From NCBI GenBank assembly GCA_963719315.1, contig CAVRBU010000017.1, positions 1 through 64,000 of the forward strand: a DNA stretch of 64,000 nt, read 5' to 3'. This stretch comes from an uncultured Planctomycetota bacterium. Its GTDB lineage: Bacteria > Planctomycetota > Planctomycetia > Pirellulales > Lacipirellulaceae. Positions within the stretch are counted from its first letter, which is position 1; every line of letters begins with the position of its first letter. The notes below the pieces were generated by a model. It had not been told where the DNA came from. It saw only the letters and a program-made list of their open reading frames with translations, and did no database searches. A program made the position numbers and the translations under genes. Of this stretch, positions 1-9,657 are shown piece by piece.

Positions 1-48
1 CTTTGGCGCCCGACCACCCGAAAAGGCGCAGCTCGCCCTGTTGACCAT
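1..48 (-). CDS. Possible 5' end of a gene running off the left edge (MVNRASCAFSGGRAPK...)
   Basis: On the minus strand GAGGAAACCC precedes an ATG at 48 and the frame is open to the edge; only 16 codons are visible. Confidence 0.3.
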   Translation of the reverse strand, partial: MVNRASCAFSGGRAPK

Positions 49-357
49 GGGTTTCCTCTAATCCCAATATTTTCGCCTAGGTTTGAACCTCACAGTTCAC
101 AGCGGCGACTAGGTCGGTATAGGATGGCCAGGAGGCCTGACAATTGCCAGTCGACAAAGACACGATTCGACAAGTACTGCTGGTGGTGCGCTGTAGAACG
201 CGGCCAATTTTGGGTCTGCTCGGCACCCAATCTTTGCGTCCAGTCCGCGCTGCTAGTCACAAATACTTAATAGGCGGCCGGTGACGCACATTTCATCGTC
301 AGCCCATGCGATTCAATGTCACATGTCCAATTCCTGTCCGTCGCTTAATCGCAATAA

Positions 358-2361
358 TTATGGGCCACCTTCAATGCGCCGGCGCTTTGCCCAGACCGCC
401 AGCACGCTTCCCGATAGCAGCAGACCTGAACCGATAACACTTAGCAATAGCGTAAGCTGCAGCGCCTGACGTACTCGCGCCTCGTCGTTTTTTAGCGGAC
501 GGATGATCTCAAGAACCCCGCGCACGTCGCCGACTTTCCAGTTCTTGCGCATGGATAGGGGATGAGTGTTGTGACAATCAACGCACGACTGTTTCATAAT
601 GCGGGCTTGGGCATAGCGAACGACGGGCTCTCCGTCGATCTTGGTGAAATCATGAACGGTTGCCTGCCCGTTGCTCTGACGCAAGCGAACGCGCTTCGCG
701 TTCAAAGTCATCGTGGGGTCCACCATGAGTCCGCCATGGAAAAGGGTAATCGCTGTATTGACGTACTTGAATTCCGGTCCTGCTGTCATGGCTCAGCTCC
801 TCGCCCACATCGTGCAGGAACGTCGCGGGAATGCTGATCGGAACCGTGTTCGGTGACGGCGGAACCATCTTGTTGATTGGATAATGCGCCCGCTCAATGC
901 GCTGTACGATCAAGCTGTACTGATTCGTCGCTTGTTCGAGCAGCTCTGCCTGCTGCGCAGCGCTTTCCAGGGCATCGACCGAATCAATCGGGCCGACAGC
1001 AACGAAAGGATTATCAATGCGACGATCGGCGTGAGCACGCCGGCAGCGAGCATCCCTGAGGGGATTGGATGATCACGAATCCACCGCCAGACTTTTTCAA
1101 CAGTGCCGCGCGGACGTGCATTAATTGGTTTGCCAGCGAGAAATCGCTGAATGTCATCGGCAAGCTCGCTGGCGGTTAGATAGCGATTAATGGGTTCCTT
1201 TCGCAGGCATTTAAGGCAAATCGTTTCCAGGTCGCCGGGAATAGTGGGTTGCAAGGCGGTCACCGAGACTGGCTCGCTGTGGAGCACCTGCAAGACAGTG
1301 TCGAGCGGCGTTTCGCCTTTGAACGGGGGGCGACCGGTCAGTAACTCATAGAGAATGGCCCCTCGCGCATATACATCGGTCGCTGGACCAACCGGCTGTC
1401 GTGAGGGTGCCGCCTGTTCAGGTGCCATATAACTCGGTGTGCCAATTATTTCGCCGGTTACCGTGAGGTTTCGACGATGTTGAGCCCCCAATTCGCCGTA
1501 TGCGATTTTTGCCAATCCAAAATCGGCAATTTTCGGAATTGCCTTCAGTGGGCTCTCGTTCCAAGACGGCACTCCGGGATTGCGGGTTGTCTCGAGCGAT
1601 CCGGCCGCCGTTGCATCGGTCGAAATCAAAAGGATGTTGGAAGGCTTTAAATCGCGATGAACGACGCCATTAGCGTGCGCTGCCTGCACGGCTCTGGCCA
1701 GCTCTTCAACAAACTGGGCAGCTAAACGCGCCGACTGCGGCGTGCCGTTGAGGTGCTGGGCCAAGTTGCCACCGGCCACGTATTCCAAGACAAAATACGG
1801 CCTGCCCGCAACATCGCCAACGTCATAAATCTGAACGATATTAGGATGCTGTAGCCGCGCGATTACATCTGCTTCGGCGCGAAATCGGGTAAGCTCCTTC
1901 TCGTCCGCATGTGCCCAATCTTGGAACATCTTGAGCGCTACCATGCGCTGAAGTGCAAGCTGCCGGGCTTTGAAAACGACGCCCATGCCGCCGCGGCCCA
2001 GGATTTCGATGATTTCGTAACCTGGCACGGATGGGATATCAAAATCGAAAGTCGCCGAAGTGCGAGGTCTCCCCTGGGCAATGTCCAATGTCGGAGTATC
2101 GGATGGATTGGCTGCCGAAAACGCCATCGAGGGTCTTGCTAGCTTCAGTCGCCCGATAATCCCTTCTTCTACTTCGCAGCATGGCGGAGTTTGCGTCGCG
2201 GGACGCCAAGCATTGGCGTCTGAGGATTCGCTCAGTCGAGCGAGCTTCGCCTGGCAGGAAGCGCATTTTTCAATGTGCGCTGCGAGCGCGTCGCATTCGG
2301 CCGCGCTCAACCTGTCGGCCAGCAGGCTGGCAAGCTTTTCATCGGAAGGGCAGGACGTCAT
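358..2361 (-). CDS. Membrane Ser/Thr protein kinase with N-terminal zinc-finger (anti-sigma-like) motif and C-terminal c-type heme sensor domain (Tll0287/DUF3365-like); two frameshifts (~975, ~690)
   Basis: HIEKCASC (HxxxCxxC); kinase motifs GRGGMGVV, VALK, HRDLKPSN, DFG, GTPSYMAPE; a TM segment. ORFs 650..913 and 358..789 continue with IPATF, YSDYPFPWR, CVDCH (571-585), WKVGDVRGVLEI and a final TM. Confidence 0.85.
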
Positions 2362-2473
2362 TGGTTGGCCTCGAAAAGAATCGGGACGTGATCAGTTTCA
2401 CCGTCCCGTCGGCAAATTGCGCGGCGCCCGAATTGTCTGGCGACTTGCACTTATTACGAGAACAAAAAAAGGA

Positions 2474-3073
2474 TCACGCGCCGGTGTCAAGTTTCCGGAT
2501 TTCTTCTTGTAGCATTTTCTGCACTTTGCTCTTCGCCACGTACACCATCGCAACTTGCATGCGAACATTGACGGCTACATCCGCGGCCGGAAGTCCTTCG
2601 ATCGCCACTTGACGAAATGCCTCCCACGTATGCGGCGCCACACGAAGCCGCACCTGCACCTTAGCCGCTTCCAGCAATTCGAAGTCGAAGGCCTCCTCTA
2701 GCCTATGGATGAGATCTTCTCGCGCTTTGACAGATTGCAGCCGTTCCCAAGTGAGATCGTCGGCGGCCGCCCGCGTGTGTCGCTGGCTATCTACGAAATC
2801 CCGCCACGCATGATGGGCAATTGTTTTGAGCCAACCCCGGAAACTACTTTTCGGGTCATACACAAAATTGCGAAGCTTGCGGGCAAGCTGCAACAAGATC
2901 TCCTGGGTTACGTCCTCTGCGTCGGCATCCTGTAACCCCCATTGTCGGCACCAGCGATAAATGTGACGGCCATAGTGCTCGATGAACTCGTCCCAAGCGG
3001 CTTCATTCGACGGATCATGTCGAAGCCGTAAGAGTAGTGTTGGGCAAGTGGTCGGCAACCATGCTTCGGCCAT
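2474..3073 (-). CDS. ECF-type sigma-70 factor (planctomycete kinase-associated type)
   Basis: TTCPTLLLRL...AAWDEF...DAEDVTQE...SFRGWL region 2 and VAMVYVAKSKV region 4; GGAG upstream of ATG 3073; directly upstream of the kinase. Confidence 0.9.
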   Translation of the reverse strand: MAEAWLPTTCPTLLLRLRHDPSNEAAWDEFIEHYGRHIYRWCRQWGLQDADAEDVTQEILLQLARKLRNFVYDPKSSFRGWLKTIAHHAWRDFVDSQRHTRAAADDLTWERLQSVKAREDLIHRLEEAFDFELLEAAKVQVRLRVAPHTWEAFRQVAIEGLPAADVAVNVRMQVAMVYVAKSKVQKMLQEEIRKLDTGA

Positions 3074-3374
3074 GCGTATCACTCCGCGACAATTGGGCCA
3101 AGCTCTCGGTATTGTCATGCCCCAACGTCGTCCATGCAAGCATCGACGGCCATCCGGCACGCCGCACACTTGTCTGGGACGAAAAAAAGTCTGCGCCTGG
3201 CGCTAGATCCGACGGCAATCCACCGTAGTAGCTCATGGAACGGCTGCGTGGAACAGACCTTTGGACGCGAACTAGCCGAACTTGTGGAGCCAATTTGATT
3301 GTTTCCCAACTCGACTAAGTGGACACGCGGCCCCACGTTGCTCATTGGTCGCCCAACAACGAAGGAGATTTTCC

Positions 3375-4256
3375 ATGTTCTCGAAACCCTCGCTTGTCGC
3401 CCATTGCCGAATATGGGCACTTGGTTCCCTGCTGCTCGTTCTATCGGTAACTCCTGTCCGCGCGAGCTTTGTAACGTTTTCCGTAGGCGGGAATTCAGCG
3501 ACGAGCTCGATTCAAGGCACCGTCGATGCGTTCCGTACCGCATTGGGGGGCCCCAATAACGGCAATAACCCCGGGCCTCTTGCGGGCGGACGACGGGAAA
3601 TCAATTGGGATGCCGGAGGCGCCACTACCGCTACCGTCAGTGGACCGGTGCTGACGGCATTCACCAATACGCGCGGCAGCAGGTTCTCGACCGAAGGCAC
3701 GGGGTTCCTGCAGACTCCAGTGAATGATCCAGCACTCACAAGCATCAATCCGAGCTACGCCACGACTTTCAGCGCATTTAGCCCACAGCGGATTTTCACG
3801 CCGGTTGGCAGCAACATCACGGACGTGACTTTCTTCATGCCGGGCAGCCAGGGTGCGAGCCCGGCTACCGTCGCAGGTTTTGGTGCTGTGTTTTCCAACG
3901 TCGATTTACCAAATGTCACCCGACTGGAATTCTTCGATTCATCCGGCCTCCAGATTTTGAGTCTGAATGCGTTGCCGGGTACCACCTCGGATGGCAGCTT
4001 TTCATTCCTAGGTGCCGTTGCCAACGCGGGAGAGAGAATTGCGCGAGTGCGGATCACCGCGGGCAACTCGGACCTGGGCCCCTCCGAGGCTACAGGAAGT
4101 CGGGTCGATGTGGTCGTGATGGATGATTTCATCTACTCCGAGCCGATCGCCGTTCCCGAACCGACAAGTTCAGTATTGGCCGGATTCGCCGCACTCAGCG
4201 CTGCCGGCTTGTCCCAGCTTCGCCGCCGATCAACCAACCGCGCAATGAAAGTTTGA
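3375..4256 (+). CDS. PEP-CTERM sorting-domain surface protein
   Basis: AAGGAG RBS, signal peptide, C-terminal VPEP + hydrophobic helix + RRR. Confidence 0.85.
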   Translation: MFSKPSLVAHCRIWALGSLLLVLSVTPVRASFVTFSVGGNSATSSIQGTVDAFRTALGGPNNGNNPGPLAGGRREINWDAGGATTATVSGPVLTAFTNTRGSRFSTEGTGFLQTPVNDPALTSINPSYATTFSAFSPQRIFTPVGSNITDVTFFMPGSQGASPATVAGFGAVFSNVDLPNVTRLEFFDSSGLQILSLNALPGTTSDGSFSFLGAVANAGERIARVRITAGNSDLGPSEATGSRVDVVVMDDFIYSEPIAVPEPTSSVLAGFAALSAAGLSQLRRRSTNRAMKV

Positions 4257-4377
4257 TTGCAACTACCGGCTATGGTGACGATCACCGTGAAATGTTGCCG
4301 ATTTCGGAGTGTTCGCTTGCGGCCCGCGTGAGGCTGGAACGATTCGTGAACGGCGTCTTAGTAAATACAAGGAGATA

Positions 4378-5654
4378 ATGATGAAGATTGAATCGCGTAA
4401 TACCGTCTCTCACCCCGCAATTGTTTATGCCACGCAAAGGCGGCTTGGATGGAGCGCGGCGACGCTGGCACTTACTCTGCTCTGTCAGCTCCCGACAAGC
4501 GTCGTTTGGGCCACGATCAACGCCGGGACGACGACGGCCACTTCGATCGGGCATTCGTTCGAGCCGGAAGACCCGAGCCTCGACACCGGTCATCCTGCGG
4601 TCGTTACGGATTTCCTGGTGAACCAAACGCAGGAGGTGGGTGGCGGAGCCGTCTTGCCCGCGGTGACCGTCAATTTGGACGTGGACACATCGATTTCGTA
4701 CACGATTGCCGCCCCGGCCGGCGAGAAGTTCGTGATCCATCTGCCAGCGGGCAGTTCGGCGAACATGTCGCTGTCGCTGGCTTGGCAGACGGGATCTTTT
4801 GATTTTGGTACTTCCGCGCCATTCAGCGCAGCTTTCAGAATCTGGTCGGCGTGGCGCCAAGCTTTCCGAACAGCTCGACCGTAGGCGCCAACAACCAGTC
4901 TTTTAACTTCGTGTCGTCAACGTCGGTTTTTTCCAACGACCTGTCCTTCACCAGTGTGACGTTCACCACGACGTACGATCCACGGACGCTCGGCCAAGGG
5001 CCATTGACATATCAGCCGGCCGGCTCCATTGCGCCCATCGGAACAACCGCCAGGAACTCAAACTTCGCCATTAGCTATGCTACGACCGGAGCGGTCGATC
5101 CGGGGCGCTTTGTCTCATTGGTGCCGTTGGTGCTCGGCGACTACGACGGCGACGGCTCCGTGGATGCCAGTGACTACATTGTGTGGCGCAAATCGATCGG
5201 CTCGACGACCAATCTTGCTGCTGACGGCAACGGCAATGGCGTAATTGACAACGGCGACTTCGACGTGTGGCGAGCACATTTCGGCCAAACGGCGGGCACG
5301 GGATCAGGACTTAACACCATTGCTTCTGTGCCCGAGCCGGCATCGATCGCACTTCTGATTGGTTTGGGCGCAAGTGTGCTCGCTATGACGCGCCGTGCGC
5401 GCTTCTCGCGCGCTAGTGTCGCTCACATGCGCCAATGCGACCTCCTAGCCATCCATCGGGGTCCGTCCATCGAGAATTTGGATTTACGAATCTTTATTCA
5501 GAGGAGTCTTCCATGTATGCCAATAACGTCTGCCAGCAACAAAGCAGCCAGTTTGGACTCGACGCCGCAATCGTCACTTGCCGTCGTCTGGCTTTGCCGC
5601 CGAAATCATTTTGCCAGCGTTTCCTTGTCGTGTCCGACCACGTCCTGTCGATAA
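4378..5654 (+). CDS. PEP-CTERM protein with dockerin-like repeats; frameshift ~4840, true 3' end uncertain
   Basis: AAGGAG RBS and signal peptide in ORF 4309..4884. GDYDGDGSVDASDYIVWR, ADGNGNGVIDNGDFDVWR and VPEP (5328-5339) + TM + RR in ORF 4851..5654. The long tail after the anchor overlaps the next gene. Confidence 0.75.
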
Positions 5655-6172
5655 AAGTGGAAAGGTATCCGGCCGCCGACCGCGATTGTCGCCACCAACT
5701 CCATATCGAACATGGGACATTGATCAAAAGGGTCGACCTGCCGGCGACGGGTCGCGTCAATGTTAGCCAGCAGTTTATGGCACCGGTTGGCGGACAGTTG
5801 TCCTTTGAGTACGTCGCGCACTTGCAAGCAGGAAACGACTCCCGTTTCGGGAGTTCGTCGCTTACCGCCGAACTGATCGATCTCACGGCACAGGCTCGCG
5901 TTTCGCTTATCAATCGCTCCGTCACGAGCAGCGGCGGTCCCGGCGACAGTCGGGTCGCATCGCTGTCGCGAGAATTGCTTTCAATTCCCATTGGTGCGGC
6001 AGGGCCCTACGAGCTGCGTCTTGCCACCTCGGTCGACCCGCAATGCTCCGGCTCATCGGCACACCTGCTCATTGACTGCGTACGTGTTTGTGATTCCTCC
6101 GACACGACGGTAACGCAACTCGCGTCTGTGAGTTGTGTGGGTTGCGCCCGACGGGCCGCGAGCCCAGGATAG
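5513..6172 (+). CDS. Hypothetical protein
   Basis: GAGGAG RBS before ATG 5513; 219-codon ORF with no recognised motif. Confidence 0.5.
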   Translation: MYANNVCQQQSSQFGLDAAIVTCRRLALPPKSFCQRFLVVSDHVLSIKVERYPAADRDCRHQLHIEHGTLIKRVDLPATGRVNVSQQFMAPVGGQLSFEYVAHLQAGNDSRFGSSSLTAELIDLTAQARVSLINRSVTSSGGPGDSRVASLSRELLSIPIGAAGPYELRLATSVDPQCSGSSAHLLIDCVRVCDSSDTTVTQLASVSCVGCARRAASPG

Positions 6173-6555
6173 AACTCTCAGTGTTGCAACAACAGCGGCA
6201 AGCGGGGTTTCGTAAACTCACCCTTGCCGGAGTCTTGCCAACAAACTGCCGGTTTTTGGCACCGAATTCCAATTCTGCCGCACCAACCGAGTTACCAACC
6301 CCCGAGCCGGTTTCCCCCTGAAGTCTCAAGAATTCTCTGGGGGGGGGTGTAAACTGCTTGACGCCAGGGGCGGCCAGCGACGAGGATAACGCTTAACCTT
6401 CGCTCTCTGCGAACGTATTCCTTTTATCGGAATGATGCACGGGAGAGATTTGCTGCGGATCTGGCCCGGATGCGAGCCTCGGCTAAGGAAAGTCTACCGT
6501 ATTTTGCACGACAGTGAGAATCCGTCGAGTGAAATTGCGCCTGCGACGCATGGGC

Positions 6556-8085
6556 GGGTAGGCGTCTCGATTGTTGGTGGGAAATCTGCTCTGCTGAAGG
6601 GTCTGTGACAATTGGGGGGTAATTCTCGAACTCGAAGACCGGAGAGCAGAGCGATGGCCAAGCAGATCAAGGCGTTGGAACTGGACCTGACAGCGGAAGA
6701 GGAAGCGGCGGCGGAGCGGATTTACGAGTCGCTCAAGGGCCAGGCCGAACAGCAGTTGAAGAACATGGCGCGGATGATGGCGGCGAAGAAGCCCGAGGAG
6801 TTGTTGGGCCGCGGCGAGTTCGAGTTGCGGGACATGTTGTTCGATTTGGGAGCGAACGTGCTGGAGACCGCCACCAACGAGTGTGTAAAAAAGGGGCGCT
6901 TATCAGGGAGCTAGCTTAGCCTGCTCCTGCGGCGGCAGCGCGAAGTTCATCGACTGGCGAACGAAAGGATTGGTCAGCCTGCTGGGAGACATCCGTTTGA
7001 CGCGGACCTATTACTACTGCTGCCAGTGCGGCGCGAGCCAGCAGCCCTGGGACGAGCGGCTGGGCCTCACCCCGCGGCACGTCACGCCCGGCGCGGAGGA
7101 ACTGGCGTCGCTGGCCGGCACGCTGAGCAGCTTTGGCTTGGCGGCCGAACGAGCCTTGGTCCGCATGAGTGGCATTCGGTTGGCGGAGTCGACCGTGCTG
7201 CGCGTCACGGAAGAAGCGGGCCAACGCTTGGGAGCGAAACTCGCGGCCAAGCAAACGTTTGGCCCCCAGGAAGACTGGCTTTGGCAACGGGATGCCGAGG
7301 GTCGGCACTGCGCCTACCTGGCCGTCGATCACACGGGGGTGCCGCAGCAGGCCATCGGCGGTGGCCCGGCGGAGTCGCGGATGGCCGCGGTGGCGATGGT
7401 CTTCAATGCGCGTTCGCCGTTCGAGGAACAACCAGCCCAAGATCCACACCAAGTGCGGTATTTGGCCGGTTTTCATGATTTAGACGATTTGGGGCTGCAA
7501 TGGCGCCGGCAGGCCGCGCAGGTCGGCTGGGACCACGCCGAGCAACAGATCGCGCTGACCGACGGCGCTCCTTGCTTGGAGCGTTTCATCGAGAAGAACG
7601 CGCCGCTGGCGGTGCGGATCCTCGACTTTTACCATGCCAGTGAGCACGTGGCCGAATTGGCTCGTGCGCTTCACCCGGGCGATGACGGCGCCTTTGCCAA
7701 ACGACAACGTGACTGGTGTCACAAGCTCAAGCACGAAGGAGGAGCAGCGCTCGTGGCCAGTTGGGAATCGCTCGATCAGAGCGACTGGAACGAGGCCCAG
7801 CGGGAGTGCTACCGACAACAAGCACAATACGTGCGGAACAACGTCCATCGCATGGACTATCCCACGTACTTGACCCGCGGTTGGATGATCGGCTCCGGTC
7901 CGGTGGAAGCCGCGTGCAAGCTGGTCGTGGGAGGACGGCTCAAAGGCAGCGGGATGCGCTGGCGAGAGCCCGGCAGCGACAGCGTCTGCCACCTCCGCGC
8001 CCTGTTCCTCGGCCAGCCCGGACAGTGGGAAGGCTTCTGGTATCAGACTGCCGTCTAATACCACCAACAAAAAAGACGCCCACCC
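6556..8085 (+). mobile_element. Complete insertion sequence, ISKra4/ISLre2-like (IS256/Mutator-related)
   Basis: 25-bp imperfect terminal IRs GGGTAGGCGTCTCGATTGTTGGTGG (6556-6580) and CCACCAACAAAAAAGACGCCCACCC (8061-8085); 9-bp direct repeat CGCATGGGC at 6547-6555 and 8086-8094. Confidence 0.92.
6654..8058 (+). CDS. ISKra4-family-like transposase in two frames joined at AAAAAAGGGG (6887-6896)
   Basis: Zinc-ribbon-like CSCG...YYYCCQCG; LTDGA, LDFYHASEH, IGSGPVEAACK and RLKGSGMRW motifs. Confidence 0.88.
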
Positions 8086-8129
8086 CGCATGGGCCGCCGG
8101 CTTCACCCACCAGAATGTGAAGACTACCT

Positions 8130-8972
8130 ATGGCGATAACCCCCCGTTCCGCGAATGTGGCTCTGCCGTTGTTTGCCTTGCTAACGCTGGCGACGATGCC
8201 TGCGCGGGCGAGCCTCTATACGCTGGCGGCGTCTGGGACGATTTCGGAAAACAGCAGCGGCGATTCGACGATTCCCGTCGGCACGTCGTGGACGTTTGAA
8301 GTCACCTACGACACCGCGGCGCCCGACCTCGACTTCGAATCGACGGGTTCGCCCGATCCGACTTTCGGAAGATTCACCAATACGGGTACGCCACCTGCCC
8401 TGACCTACTTCCACTATCGAGCGGGGAGCTACGAGGTCACGCTTGCTGATCCGGCGGATTTTGGCACGTTCGGTGGGATTGAGATTACTAACACCAGCAT
8501 CAAAGGGATTGATATCAACATCTTTGCCCCCGCCTTCTTCCCGCCCTTGGCGGGAGGTCCGGTGTCGTTCCATGCGGACTTCGCCGCCTTTTCCTCGCCC
8601 CCGATATTTACGAGCGATGCCCTGCCCACAAACACCGCCCTCGGCCCGGGGAGTTTTGTCGACAGCAATGTGACACTGTTGCCTCCGGCTGGCGTTGTGA
8701 CCAGCAACAGTCTGACGAGCCTGACGCTCACGGCTGTCCTGCCGGGCGACTACAACGAGAACGGAGTCGTCGACGCCGCCGATTACGTGGTATGGCGGAA
8801 AACCGATGGCTTCCCGCAAGGCTACGACGTGTGGCGCTCCCACTTCGGCCAAACCGCCAGCAGCGGCGCAGCTATCCGCACGAATGTCGCCGTGCCCGAA
8901 CCGGCAACACTGGCTGTGCTTCTTGTGGGAATGCTGGCGGCGTATGCTCGCCGAAGCACCTTAGTTTCGTAA
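8130..8972 (+). CDS. PEP-CTERM protein with dockerin-like motif
   Basis: Signal peptide; GDYNENGVVDAADYVVWR; VPEP + TM + RR. Confidence 0.88.
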   Translation: MAITPRSANVALPLFALLTLATMPARASLYTLAASGTISENSSGDSTIPVGTSWTFEVTYDTAAPDLDFESTGSPDPTFGRFTNTGTPPALTYFHYRAGSYEVTLADPADFGTFGGIEITNTSIKGIDINIFAPAFFPPLAGGPVSFHADFAAFSSPPIFTSDALPTNTALGPGSFVDSNVTLLPPAGVVTSNSLTSLTLTAVLPGDYNENGVVDAADYVVWRKTDGFPQGYDVWRSHFGQTASSGAAIRTNVAVPEPATLAVLLVGMLAAYARRSTLVS

Positions 8973-9628
8973 ACTCAAACGTTTTCTCGGACTCCGAGAA
9001 TCCCACCGTTTTCTCGGAACGCGGAAACTCTCAGTAGATCGAAACCAGACGGGTGCTCATTGCCGCCCCTCTGGACTCCCTGGCTAGCCTCTTCTCATGG
9101 GTTGAAAGTCAGAGCGGCCGCCGCCGGCCGGCCAATGCGAAAACCGAGCCCCGTATTTGACCGCTAACGCGTTCAAACAGGTCCGTCCGACCCCAAATAC
9201 TTGCCTAATGGGACGTAGTCGCTATCCGATGCGCTTCCGCCGTATCGGGGTCGACCTCAGAGAACGATGTTTCTAACGGTTTCGCTTCGCTCGAAATCCG
9301 GTTGGCCAATCAACCGATATTGTGTTACATAAAGGACGATGTAATCCAAAAGGCTGCTTCTGGTTAGAGTGCTCTGGGAGTTACTATTCTTGCCTACGCG
9401 GTCGGCCGGGTTGGAATGGCCGTACGAGATCGAGTCGCTTCGAAGTTCGAGATTGCCAGAGGCGGGTGGCGATGTCCTGCTTGGGTGGGCTAAAAGCACT
9501 GTCATGGGAGAATTTGCATTTTGAGATCAGCGCATACATTCTGCGCTGCTACCGGAAGTTAGTTTTTTGAACTCATAGTCAAGCGACTGGGTCAGAGGCT
9601 ATTGCAGTTGGCTGGCCTATTCAAGGTC

Positions 9629-9655
9629 GGACGGAACTCGGAGCGTGCCTGCTAC
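9629..9655 (-). repeat. Single GTAG-type REP-like palindrome
   Basis: GTAGCAGGCACGCTCCGAGTTCCGTCC just after the adaptor gene stop; imperfect hairpin. Confidence 0.5.
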
Positions 9656-9657
9656 AT

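Noticed and set aside
6339..6347. G9 tract as a phase-variation switch
   Set aside because: Intergenic, not tied to a demonstrable promoter, and run length is unreliable in this assembly.
9257..9570. Two 82-aa ORFs in the gap before the exporter
   Set aside because: No RBS or motif support; they overlap on opposite strands.
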